Assembly (NCBI GenBank): GCA_022837635.1 | Contig: JALHFY010000001.1 | Coordinates: 234,202 to 298,201 of the forward strand | Direction: 5' to 3' | Source: Candidatus Shapirobacteria bacterium | Lineage (GTDB): Bacteria; Patescibacteriota; Microgenomatia; UBA12405 | DNA length: 64,000 nucleotides | Shown: positions 9,248 through 18,616 of the stretch, piece by piece | Numbering within the stretch: position 1 is the stretch's first letter | Layout of the letters: the number at the start of each line of letters is the position of its first letter | Made by a program: the position numbers and the translations under genes | Notes under the pieces: generated by a model | Seen by the model: the letters and a program-made list of their open reading frames with translations, nothing else | Databases searched by the model: none | Told to the model about the DNA's origin: nothing

Positions 9248-9913
9248 TTACCAGTTAGAAAACATAGCAAAAGGAGTTTTGAGAATAATGAGAAGCTCTT
9301 CTCTAAGAGAGCGATTTTTGATATAGTCGGAATCCATTTTGGAGCGTTTTTCAAAGGGAAGTTCATTGCGACCTGAAACTTGCCAAGGACCGGTGATACC
9401 GGGTTTAACGGAACGGATATCGGCGATGTAAGCTCTGGTTTTAGGATATTTTTTGGCGTATTCTTTTAATTCTTCGTCTCGGTAGGCACGAGGTCCAACC
9501 AGACTCATCTCACCTTTGAGGACATTAATAAATTGAGGCATTTCGTCGATAGAGGTGGAGCGAATAAAACGACCGATAGGGGTAATTCGAGGATCTTCTT
9601 TGGCGGATAGTTTCCAATCATTGGCTTTGTATTTTTTCCAGAGTTCGGGGTAGTTTTCTTTTAAGAATTTATCATTATCCCCGACCCTCATGGAACGAAA
9701 CTTAAACATGTCAAATTCTTTATTTTGACCGACGCGTTTTTGTTTGAAAATGACTGGACCAGGCGAAGTTAATTTAATAATAATGGCGGTAATAATTAAG
9801 ACTGGTAAAAAAACAATAATAAGGATAATAGAACTGACAATATCCATAACCCTTTTAATGGGATCAAAAAGTTTGACTCGGAGATTATAAAAAGGAAGAT
9901 TTCTACTAGTCAT
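9248..9913 (-). CDS. Priming polyprenyl-phosphate sugar-phosphate transferase (bacterial sugar transferase, WbaP/CpsE C-terminal type)
   Basis: KRVMDI, SPGPVIFKQKRVG, FKFRSM, DPRITPIGRFIRSTSIDEMPQ.INVLKGEMSLVGPR, KPGITGPWQVSGRN. Confidence 0.92.
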   Translation of the reverse strand: MTSRNLPFYNLRVKLFDPIKRVMDIVSSIILIIVFLPVLIITAIIIKLTSPGPVIFKQKRVGQNKEFDMFKFRSMRVGDNDKFLKENYPELWKKYKANDWKLSAKEDPRITPIGRFIRSTSIDEMPQFINVLKGEMSLVGPRAYRDEELKEYAKKYPKTRAYIADIRSVKPGITGPWQVSGRNELPFEKRSKMDSDYIKNRSLREELLIILKTPFAMFSNW

Positions 9914-10979
9914 ACTTGCCAGTAAAAAAAGATTTCAATTTAGGATTAGAGACTAATTTAGTAATTAGATCTTTAACTTGATAAGAGCCACCGTCTTTTA
10001 AGTTACAAACTAAAAGAGCATCAGGAGTATCAATAATGGCGATATCTTCGAGATTAACTAGACCAACAACTTTTTGAGTTGAGGAATGAACCAAACAATT
10101 TTTAGAGTTAATTTCCACCATTTTTTGAGTGGGAGTTAAAGCCACTACTTGACTTTTTTTACCAGCAATTTGACGACGAATAGCTGACCATTCGCCAATA
10201 TCACTCCAAGCGAAAGTGGCGGGAATAAGGTGAAGATTTTTAGATTTTTCAGAAATAGCTACGTCTAGAGCTAAGGCTGGCGAGAGGCTATAAATTTTTT
10301 GAATGACTTTTGAATTTTGGGGGTGATTGTAAATTTGGTCATAGAGAGGTAAGTATTCAGGTTGGTGTTTTTTGAATTCACTTAGTAGATGAGATACTTT
10401 GAAAGTATAGATACCACTGTTCCAAAAGGTGTGACCTTGATTAATAAGGTTTTGAGCCACAGTAATACTAGGTTTTTCAATAAATTTTTTGACTCTTAGT
10501 TTAGGGTCAGTGGTGATGTAACCATAGGCAGGATTAGGAGAAGTGGGTTTAATACCGTAGACAACAATCTGATTATTAAGGCTAGTAGCAACACCTTGAT
10601 TAATGTTTTTGATGAATTTATCGAGGTTGCCAATGTAATGATCGGAGGGAAAACTGGTAATAACAGCCTCGGGATCTTGTTGGGAGATAACCGCTGAGGC
10701 ATAAAGGAGAGCCATGGCAGTGTTCTTTTTTTGAGGTTCGGAGAGGATGTGGTGATGAGGAAAGGATTTACCCAAGTCTTGTTTTATGAGATTAGTGTAT
10801 TTGTAGTTAGTAACGACAAAAATATTTTTCAAAGGGACTAATTTTCTGGCTCGCAGAACAGTTTCTTTCAAGACGGAATTTTTAGAGAAAAGAGTCAGAA
10901 ATTGTTTGGGTTTTTCAACCCGAGAGAGAGGCCAGAGTCTGGGTCCGGTACCTCCGGAAAGAATTACGATATAGTGCAT
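9906..10979 (-). CDS. manC: Mannose-1-phosphate guanylyltransferase (no isomerase domain)
   Basis: LSGGTGPRLWPLSR..KPKQFL, EP..KNTA, PSDH, YGYI, FIEKP, WNSG, WSDIGEW. Confidence 0.9.
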   Translation of the reverse strand: MHYIVILSGGTGPRLWPLSRVEKPKQFLTLFSKNSVLKETVLRARKLVPLKNIFVVTNYKYTNLIKQDLGKSFPHHHILSEPQKKNTAMALLYASAVISQQDPEAVITSFPSDHYIGNLDKFIKNINQGVATSLNNQIVVYGIKPTSPNPAYGYITTDPKLRVKKFIEKPSITVAQNLINQGHTFWNSGIYTFKVSHLLSEFKKHQPEYLPLYDQIYNHPQNSKVIQKIYSLSPALALDVAISEKSKNLHLIPATFAWSDIGEWSAIRRQIAGKKSQVVALTPTQKMVEINSKNCLVHSSTQKVVGLVNLEDIAIIDTPDALLVCNLKDGGSYQVKDLITKLVSNPKLKSFFTGKYD

Positions 10980-12008
10980 AAAGAATTGATTTCTTTTTTT
11001 AAGTGTAACATAAAGTTTTGGTGACTAAATTTAAGAGCTTGGCGACGACAATCAGCAGAGAGAGAGGGTTTTTGTTTTAACCGCTAAAACCAGAGATTGA
11101 GGGTTTTGATAATTAAAGAAAATACCAGTTTTGCCATTAATTACAGTTTCGGTGGCGCCACCACGACGGTAAGCAATGACTCCCCTGCCGCAGGCCATAG
11201 CTTCAAGAATAGTTAAGCCGAAATCTTCAAATTGGGGATGAATTAAAGCTTGGGTATTTTGATAGAGATGAATTAGTTTTGATTCCGAAACCGAACCCAA
11301 AAATTGGATATTAGGATGATTTTTGGCTAATTTTTTGAAATATTTATAATCACGGCCGGTACCAACAATTTTCAGAGGATAGTTTAACTGTTTGAAAGCT
11401 TTGATAGCCAAATCAACTTTTTTATGTTTGACCAAACGAGAGACTAAGAGAAAGTAATTTTGAGCTTTTTTAGTTCCGGGAATGAACTTGTCAGTGTCAA
11501 TACCGGGATAGATAACTGTGGCTTGGCGATGATAGTGTTTTTGGATACGTTTAGCGACAGTTTGAGAATTACAAAAAAGAGCATCGGGACGTTGAGCATA
11601 AATAAAATCGACTTTTTGGTAAATTTTTAGAATTGCTTTGAGTAAAAAAGGTGGTACTTGATATAGATAACGATTGATGTTGTGAAAATAACAGAGATAA
11701 AAAGTTTTGGGGAGAGTTAAAAAGGAATGTCCGACATGAGAGGTGGTGGAAATAAGGAGATCGTAGTTAGAAAAATCAATTTGTTCCAAACGATAACTGT
11801 AAAGGGGGGTGTAAATGAGTTTGTTTTTGAGATTAAGAGTGAAAACTTGGTGGGTTTTAGGCAACCAAGGAGTTTTTTGAGGTTGATAATCAAGGGTGTA
11901 AATATCGGCTTGAGGATAGAGTTTGAGAATGTCTAAAAGAACCCTCTCAGCTCCTCCCCATTGATTGAGCCAGTCATAGTAAATAGCGACCTTAAGAGAC
12001 ATTGGCAA
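10964..12008 (-). pseudogene. GT4 glycosyltransferase (mannosyltransferase-like), frameshifted near the 3' end at a (CT)5 tract
   Basis: The main ORF 12008-11052 has DWLNQWGGAERV and EDFGLTILEAMACG. The expected C-terminal helix SADCRRQALKFSHQNFMLHLKKEINSLCTIS* lies in the +1 frame and ends at 10964. Confidence 0.65.
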
Positions 12009-14040
12009 TGCGATGATAAAAATCCAGAGTTTGGCGGGCAGTAGAGGTCCAACTATATTTTTGGAAATGTTGTTGACCGGTTTTAATTAATTTTTCTCTA
12101 AGTTTAGGTGAAGATTCTAGGAGTTTAATTTTATCAACCAGATCGGCAGGGTTGTGAGGATCAAAGAAAAGAGCGGCATCTTGATAAATTTCCGGTAAAC
12201 AACTGGCTTTGGCAGCAATGACTGGACAGTCAAGAGCCATGGCTTCTAGGCCGGTGAGACTGAAACCTTCAAGCAAGGCAGGGTGAACCAAAGCCAAGGC
12301 GTGTTGGTAAAGAGAGGCAAATTCAGAATCGGGAACATAACCTAAGAAATCGACTTGTTTATCGAGACCGCTTTGTCTGATTTTGGCATAAATTTTGTCG
12401 GTAAAAACTGAACGGGCACAGATAATTTTAAGTTTTAATTTAGGCAAGCTTTTCAGAGCTTCAAAAATAACTTCCACATTTTTATGAGGATAAAGATTGC
12501 CGGTATAGAGAATGTAATTTTGCTGTTTTAAGAGATGGTGATCTCTTTTAGGAGAATGCTTTTTGATAAAAACTGGATCGACGGCTTCATGGGTAACAAT
12601 GATTTTTTTTGGAGGGAAATGATAGCGTTTGATGATGTATTGTCGCCAAAAATCACTGGGAACAATAACGAAACTATTCCAGAGAATCAAACGAGTCATG
12701 AGTAAATATCCCCAATATTTAGGCCAATAAAGAAAAAGATTTTTAGTAGTAGTGTCTTTGCCTTTGGAAAAGTGACGGATTAAATCATGAACAGTAACCA
12801 GGGATTTTTTAAGGTAAAAAATAGGTTTGTCTAGATGGGTAAAATGAACTAAATCAGGTTTGAGCCGGTGTAGGATGATGGGAAGAACAAATTGCTCTTT
12901 GAGAGTGTAATGTCGGACATTGGTGACAAAATAATTAAAAGAATTGCCGAGATCGGCTTTAACTTCTGACTCTAGTTCTGGATAAATTAAGAGAGTGTAA
13001 CGAAAAGTTTTGAAATCAGGTAATTTTTTAAGAGCGATTAGAAGGTTTTTAGTGTAACGGCCCAGGCCGGTATGTTTGGGACCGTAGAGTCGAGCATCGA
13101 TAACAATGTGTTTTTTAACCTTCATAAAATCAATCCCGGCCCAAATGAGAGGTTGAAGAAATTGGGGGTAATGATCAATAAGATTTTCTCGATAAAAAAT
13201 TCGCATGGCTTCAGTACTAGCTTTAGCGGCAGCGATTTTAGTCTTAATTTTAGCCTGAGTGATTTTTTGACTATGATCGATCAGACCTGAGGAAATGCCT
13301 TGATAATGATAGGTTTTGGCGTGAGGATAGAAATAAAGTTGAAAACCATGTTTTTTCAGTTGCCAACAAAGGTCGAGATCTTCTCCGTAGAAAAAATATT
13401 TTTCATTCCACCAACCTAGGGTTTCACCCACCCCTCTTTTAATCATCAGAAAAGCACCAACACAGGCGTCAATTTTTTGAATTTTAGAAAAATCAAGGTG
13501 ACCTAAAAAGTAACCATTAAAGAGACGGCTTTTTGGGAAAAGTTTAGGTAGAAAGGGAGCAAAAAAGTGACAAAAAGCATTCCAAGGACTGGGAAAACCG
13601 CGATGAGATTCAGGCTGAGTTTTGCCGGTTTTAACAAGAATTAAGTTTGAGGTGGCGGCATCAACCTTGGGGTGGGTTTCAAAAAATTTGATCATTTTAG
13701 AAAGAGTGTTAGGGTCGAGAGTGGTGTCAGGATTGAGAAAGAGGACGTATTTGGAATGAGGATTACTTAATTTAAGGGCTTGATTGTTACCCTTGGAAAA
13801 GCCTAAGTTTTTGGACAATTTTTTGAAGATAAAACTGATTTTAGGACTGGATTTGATTTTTTTAGCTAAATTAAAACTATCGTCGGTGGAATTATTATCA
13901 ACAATAATTACTTCTATTTGATATTTACCTAAGGTAGATTTTTTAAGGCTTTGGAGACAGCCTAAAAGGTAATCTCCGGTATTATAGTTGACAATAATTA
14001 CGGAAAGGTCAATTTTTTTGTTTTTGAGTGATGTTGTCAT
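11992..14040 (-). CDS. Bifunctional GT2 (WbbL/RfbF-like) - GT4 fusion glycosyltransferase
   Basis: N-terminal half has SVIIVNYN, VDNNSTD, NLGFSKGNN, FLNPD, YGEDLD. C-terminal half from the internal Met at 13125 has IVIDAR, TVHDL, YPHKN, EGFSLTGLEAM. Start set at the ATG at 14040. Confidence 0.8.
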   Translation of the reverse strand: MTTSLKNKKIDLSVIIVNYNTGDYLLGCLQSLKKSTLGKYQIEVIIVDNNSTDDSFNLAKKIKSSPKISFIFKKLSKNLGFSKGNNQALKLSNPHSKYVLFLNPDTTLDPNTLSKMIKFFETHPKVDAATSNLILVKTGKTQPESHRGFPSPWNAFCHFFAPFLPKLFPKSRLFNGYFLGHLDFSKIQKIDACVGAFLMIKRGVGETLGWWNEKYFFYGEDLDLCWQLKKHGFQLYFYPHAKTYHYQGISSGLIDHSQKITQAKIKTKIAAAKASTEAMRIFYRENLIDHYPQFLQPLIWAGIDFMKVKKHIVIDARLYGPKHTGLGRYTKNLLIALKKLPDFKTFRYTLLIYPELESEVKADLGNSFNYFVTNVRHYTLKEQFVLPIILHRLKPDLVHFTHLDKPIFYLKKSLVTVHDLIRHFSKGKDTTTKNLFLYWPKYWGYLLMTRLILWNSFVIVPSDFWRQYIIKRYHFPPKKIIVTHEAVDPVFIKKHSPKRDHHLLKQQNYILYTGNLYPHKNVEVIFEALKSLPKLKLKIICARSVFTDKIYAKIRQSGLDKQVDFLGYVPDSEFASLYQHALALVHPALLEGFSLTGLEAMALDCPVIAAKASCLPEIYQDAALFFDPHNPADLVDKIKLLESSPKLREKLIKTGQQHFQKYSWTSTARQTLDFYHRIANVS

Positions 14041-15238
14041 AAATTTGGTTGAGACCTTCGACACATTTGGCAAAGGAATAATTGTTGACAATCAATTTAC
14101 GACCATTATTGCCGATAGTTTGGCGATATTTTTTATCATTAATCAGTTTGAGGACATTTTTGAGAATGTCTTTACTGGGAGCGACAATGGCATCACGGTA
14201 GTTTTTGAATTTAATACTACCCATACCACCTTCAGGAGTAGTGATCACCGGCAGGGCAAAAGTCATCCCTTCTAAAAATTTATTTCTAGTACCACCACCA
14301 CTACCCATAGGGGCTAGGAGCAGCCAGCAGTACTGGTAGTAGTATTGAGGATCTTTGGGTTGACCATCGAAATCAGCTTCGGTGACAATCACATCTTTGG
14401 AGGCATATTTACCAAAAAAATCGGGAGCAAAGCGACCGACGATATAAAGTTTACAATTGGGAACGGCTTTTTTGATTTTGTCCCAGTAATGGTTCATGAT
14501 TAATTCCACAGATTCACGGTTTTGCATCCATTTCATGTTGGAAACCCCAAAAAGAATAGTGGGTTCTTTAGATCTAGAAGTTTTTACAGGAGCTTCAATG
14601 TATTTTTGGTCAACTCCGTTTTCAAAATATTGAATATCTTTACGACCGGTAATTTCAGTGATTAATTTTTGATCTTCAAGACCAAAAGCGACCACGGTGT
14701 GGGTAGTTTTCCAATAATAAGTTTCCCAGTGTTTCATTTTTTTAACATCGAAAGCTAAAAATGGTTTTAAGAGTTTTTTTAGACCAGTGAGACTTTTAAC
14801 GTAATGGTCGTAAACAGCGTATTCAATGGTTAAATCTACCAGTACTACCGGAATATCAGTTTTGGGAATATTGGGCATGGGATAAAAACAGTCACAGTGA
14901 ATGAGATCAAATTTTTCCCGGTCCAATTCTTTTTGAATAGCTTTTTTAAAGTCATCAGAGATGTAGTTGATGACTAAAAAAGGATAAGGACTCACGGCGG
15001 CAGTAAGGATTTTTTTAAGATCCCAGGTTTTACCGCGTTTAACCACGACCACTTTACGACAGTATTGGCTGACTTCTTTGACTCCGGCTCGGTCTCGACT
15101 AAAACAAATGAGGGTAATGTCATTTTTTGGGGCCAAGTATTTGATGGAATAAAAAGAGGAACGTTGGCCGCCTGATTGAGATAGTCGCGGAACATAGGGG
15201 GTAATCATTAAAATTTTGCGTTTTTTGTTTTTGGTCAT
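14009..15238 (-). CDS. GT4 family glycosyltransferase
   Basis: ILMITPYVP...SGG, ENGVD, GGGTRNKFLEGM..ALPVITT. Confidence 0.82.
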   Translation of the reverse strand: MTKNKKRKILMITPYVPRLSQSGGQRSSFYSIKYLAPKNDITLICFSRDRAGVKEVSQYCRKVVVVKRGKTWDLKKILTAAVSPYPFLVINYISDDFKKAIQKELDREKFDLIHCDCFYPMPNIPKTDIPVVLVDLTIEYAVYDHYVKSLTGLKKLLKPFLAFDVKKMKHWETYYWKTTHTVVAFGLEDQKLITEITGRKDIQYFENGVDQKYIEAPVKTSRSKEPTILFGVSNMKWMQNRESVELIMNHYWDKIKKAVPNCKLYIVGRFAPDFFGKYASKDVIVTEADFDGQPKDPQYYYQYCWLLLAPMGSGGGTRNKFLEGMTFALPVITTPEGGMGSIKFKNYRDAIVAPSKDILKNVLKLINDKKYRQTIGNNGRKLIVNNYSFAKCVEGLNQIYDNITQKQKN

Positions 15239-16617
15239 GATTTTATCTCCAAATTTTTATAATAAAGTCCCATGATTATCCATATAGTATAAGCTACTTT
15301 TGAAGCTTCAAAAACATCTATAAAAACAGCATTAGCCCAAACACAGACCATGGCCGAGAAAAAGATTAAGGAAAGTTGGTGGTAAAAATTGATTTTTTTG
15401 AGTTTCAGTAGAGGCCAGGTTCTGAGTAAGAAGTAAATAAAAATAATAGTGAAAGTGATAAAACCAAAGAGACCACTTTCACCTAAAAATCGGAGATAAT
15501 CATTGTCGGTGGCCATGGTAATTGAACCTAAACCAGTACCGGTGATAGGATTTTTTCTGAAAGCGGTAATAGCTCGGGGCCATTCGACATTAAAACGGAT
15601 TTCACCAGAACGAGCTACACCGACATCACTATCGACAGGAATAAAATCTTCTTCAGGAGGATGGCGAAAAACAGTGGGAGAAATTTTAATAGGTTTTTGA
15701 CTAATGGTAGTGGGAGGCAGTGTTGGTATCAGTGTTGGGGTTGGTGGCAAGAGAACTTGACTTGGTTTGGCGACTGACTTAAAACTGGGAACAGTAGCAA
15801 TAAGACGTTGTTTAAGATCATTGGAATTGATAATACTGAAAATTACTAAAAGGCTGACAGGAATGGTCCAGAGATATTTTCTTAATAAAATTAAGCTCAG
15901 AATAGCACTGCCCCAGAAAGCAAAGATAGAAATACGGGAAGCGGTTAAGGTTAAAAGATGAAAGCCGATTAAGAATATAAATAAGGAAGTAATTTTAAGC
16001 CACTTATTTTTAATAACGATAAATAAGGCTAAAGTAATGACTAGAGTCACACTAAGATAAGCGGCTAGATCGTAATGACCGGCAAAGGTGGAACTGATGC
16101 GAGTCCAGATATTCATTTGGAGTAATTGACCTTTGGAAAATTCTTCATTCATGGTAGAGATGACTGGAAAGTGGAAAAATTTTTGACCATAGCCATAAGC
16201 GGCAATACCAAGCATGGTAAAGATAAAAAACAAATAAACATAGAGAAAATCGCGACGATTTTTAACAGCTTTTAGGGTAATAAAAAAGACAGACATATAT
16301 TCAAAGCGACGAAAAGCGTTAAGAAGGAGAAGTTGATTGTTGGTAGTTTTGAAAATGAGGACAGCGTTAAGGGTGCTAACTAAAATAGCGATAAAATAGG
16401 CAATAAAAAGTGGAGTAATTTTTTCTTTGAAAACAGGAAATTTATTTTTTATCTGAAAAATAAGCCAAATTAGAAGACAGGCAGCAATTACAATATCATC
16501 CAGACGAATGGCAACATAGGTTGATTGAACATTAAAGAGAGGAAATTTAGGATAAAGAGGAATAAAAGTAATTAGGATTGCCAGAATAATACGGAAGGGA
16601 TTTAGATTTTTGAACAT
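15235..16617 (-). CDS. O-antigen ligase/polymerase-like (WaaL/Wzy_C) polytopic membrane protein
   Basis: About 12 hydrophobic segments; STFAGHYDLAAY, LTASR, PITGTGLG and DNDYLRFLGESGLFG motifs; Pro/Thr-rich loop. Confidence 0.75.
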   Translation of the reverse strand: MFKNLNPFRIILAILITFIPLYPKFPLFNVQSTYVAIRLDDIVIAACLLIWLIFQIKNKFPVFKEKITPLFIAYFIAILVSTLNAVLIFKTTNNQLLLLNAFRRFEYMSVFFITLKAVKNRRDFLYVYLFFIFTMLGIAAYGYGQKFFHFPVISTMNEEFSKGQLLQMNIWTRISSTFAGHYDLAAYLSVTLVITLALFIVIKNKWLKITSLFIFLIGFHLLTLTASRISIFAFWGSAILSLILLRKYLWTIPVSLLVIFSIINSNDLKQRLIATVPSFKSVAKPSQVLLPPTPTLIPTLPPTTISQKPIKISPTVFRHPPEEDFIPVDSDVGVARSGEIRFNVEWPRAITAFRKNPITGTGLGSITMATDNDYLRFLGESGLFGFITFTIIFIYFLLRTWPLLKLKKINFYHQLSLIFFSAMVCVWANAVFIDVFEASKVAYTIWIIMGLYYKNLEIKS

Positions 16618-17501
16618 AATTGACGGTGGTGCGGAGAGACAAAAGCACGCAAAAAAGCATTAAGTTGTAATATCTTTTTAACAAATTTAGATTGCCAAGA
16701 GGGGCGATGTTTTTTGAAAAAAGCCAAAACACCCCGATATTCGTTTAAGAGTGGATCACTTTTTTTTATGGCTGAGGCACCACCAAAATGAATTATTTGT
16801 GGACCAACTAAATACCATAATTGAGAATGAGGTAGTTTGAGATGCATACGATATTGCCATTCCATTTCTTCGCCATACATAAAATAGTTTTCATCAAAAC
16901 CTTTAGTTTCCTTGACGATTGAAGTCCGGACCAAGAAATAGGCTCCAGTGAGCCAATCTTGAGGATGGTCGGATTTATAAAATGAGTCTCGAGTGTAAAA
17001 CCAGGGTGGATGGGGGTGAAAGGGTTTAATAATTTTGTTGACCAAAGGTAGATCATCAAGACCTAAAGACCAGGTAAAGATATTTAAGAGATTGGGAAAG
17101 TAACCACCGCTGGGCTGAATACTTTTGTCAGGATTTAAGAGTTGGGCAGTACAACCATGAGCTTCAGGATGAGCGGCCAGCCAGTTAAGGCTTTGGCTGA
17201 TAGCAGAATGAAGAATGATGGTATCGGAATTAAGAAAGAGAAGGTAATTACCACGAGCGATTTTAATACCTTGATTGTTGGCTTTGGCGAAACCCAGATT
17301 TTGGCGATTTAAGATAAGTTTTAAGTTTTTTTGTTTTTTAAGCATGGAAACTGAAGTGTCAGTGGAAGCATTGTCAATGACAATAATTTCATAAGGAATA
17401 TCTTTCAATCCCTTGTCCCGACGGATAGACTCAAGACAATCTTGAGTTAGTTTGGAGGTATTAAAGGAAGCAATAATAATGGATAAGAGTGGTTGGTTCA
17501 T
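16602..17501 (-). CDS. GT2 glycosyltransferase (WbbL/RfbF-like)
   Basis: LSIII, DNASTD, NLGFAKANNQG, FLNSD, FDENYFMYGEE. Start set at ATG 17501 (ATGA overlap with the upstream gene). Confidence 0.85.
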   Translation of the reverse strand: MNQPLLSIIIASFNTSKLTQDCLESIRRDKGLKDIPYEIIVIDNASTDTSVSMLKKQKNLKLILNRQNLGFAKANNQGIKIARGNYLLFLNSDTIILHSAISQSLNWLAAHPEAHGCTAQLLNPDKSIQPSGGYFPNLLNIFTWSLGLDDLPLVNKIIKPFHPHPPWFYTRDSFYKSDHPQDWLTGAYFLVRTSIVKETKGFDENYFMYGEEMEWQYRMHLKLPHSQLWYLVGPQIIHFGGASAIKKSDPLLNEYRGVLAFFKKHRPSWQSKFVKKILQLNAFLRAFVSPHHRQLCSKI

Positions 17502-18043
17502 GCAAAATTTTGTCGCCAAAATTTTTTATAAAGAAAAATAACAAAAATAATGGCAACTTCGGTGGTGAAAAAAGCCAAGAGACGAGCGGGAATAGAAGTG
17601 GGAATAATTTTGGTGTTAATTTTGGCACGATATTCAATATCGTTATAGAGAAGTTTATTTTGAATTCTTTTTTCCGGTTTGGTAAAAACATCTTCGGCCC
17701 ATTCATAGCCATTAATAAATAAAGATTCTTTGAAAGGTAAGTGAAACTCTTCTAGATAATAACTTTTCATAGTGTCTCTAAAAATAGTTTTGGCGTATTC
17801 AGGGGGATAATTAAGCCTGGTCATAAAAGGACCGGAGTAAAAAGAACGATAAAAATTCATCACTTCGCGGCGGGAGAGATTAGTGTAATGACCGGTAACA
17901 TTGGCCATTTGAACGGTATCACCTGGTTCTTGAGAACGAACACTACTATCCAGATCTTTAAGTTTAGGTGTGGGTAAAAGAAGATAAAAAATTATTAAAA
18001 GATTGAAAATAAAAAGAAAGGTAGTTAAGGCTTTGGACTTCAT
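17498..18043 (-). CDS. Hypothetical membrane protein with N- and C-terminal TM segments
   Basis: 181-aa ORF coupled to both neighbours; hydrophobic termini; no family recognised. Confidence 0.6.
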   Translation of the reverse strand: MKSKALTTFLFIFNLLIIFYLLLPTPKLKDLDSSVRSQEPGDTVQMANVTGHYTNLSRREVMNFYRSFYSGPFMTRLNYPPEYAKTIFRDTMKSYYLEEFHLPFKESLFINGYEWAEDVFTKPEKRIQNKLLYNDIEYRAKINTKIIPTSIPARLLAFFTTEVAIIFVIFLYKKFWRQNFA

Positions 18044-18609
18044 TATTGAAAAAGCATGGCCCGGCCTAATTTGTAATTAGGGTTTCTCAATTTTCGATTA
18101 CTGATTTTTTTAGCTGGCACTCCACCCCAGACTTCAAGATCGGGAATATCTTTGGTGACGACAGCGCCGGCGGCAACTACGGCTCCCCTACCGATAGTAA
18201 CTCCGGGGAGAATGATGGCTCGAGGGCCAATGAAAACATAATCTTTGATAGTTACCGGTGCAAAGGCATTGCCAAAATCAGGAGTGTGAATGTTGTGTTC
18301 ATTGGTATAAATCAAGACATCGGTGGCAATATCAACGTGATTGCCGATAGTCAATCCCCCACGACCATCTAAAAAAGCTCCATAGCCGATAATGGTGTCG
18401 TGACCAATAGTCACCCCACTGGGTTTAAAGAAATTAGCCCTCAAATGAATAGTACTGTTGAAAGGGATTTTGATACCTGAGAGCCAATAAAAGAATTTGC
18501 GAAGGAGATGGCTGGGGATAAAACCGACAATTCTAAGAATTAATAACCAAAACTCAGCCAAAATAGTCGAAATACGATTAAGGGCTTTTTGGTAGAGCGG
18601 TCGTTCCAT
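18043..18609 (-). CDS. Hexapeptide-repeat (LbH) sugar O-acetyltransferase
   Basis: TIGHDTIIG, PVTIKDYVFIGPRAIILPGVTIGRGAVVAAGAVVTKDI...GGVPAK. Confidence 0.9.
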   Translation of the reverse strand: MERPLYQKALNRISTILAEFWLLILRIVGFIPSHLLRKFFYWLSGIKIPFNSTIHLRANFFKPSGVTIGHDTIIGYGAFLDGRGGLTIGNHVDIATDVLIYTNEHNIHTPDFGNAFAPVTIKDYVFIGPRAIILPGVTIGRGAVVAAGAVVTKDIPDLEVWGGVPAKKISNRKLRNPNYKLGRAMLFQ

Positions 18610-18616
18610 GACAGAA

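Noticed and set aside
11052-11054. UGA recoding (genetic code 25) as the explanation for the short GT4
   Set aside because: In-frame read-through hits TAA within a few codons, and TGA serves as a normal stop in many ATGA overlaps. The missing tail is in another frame.
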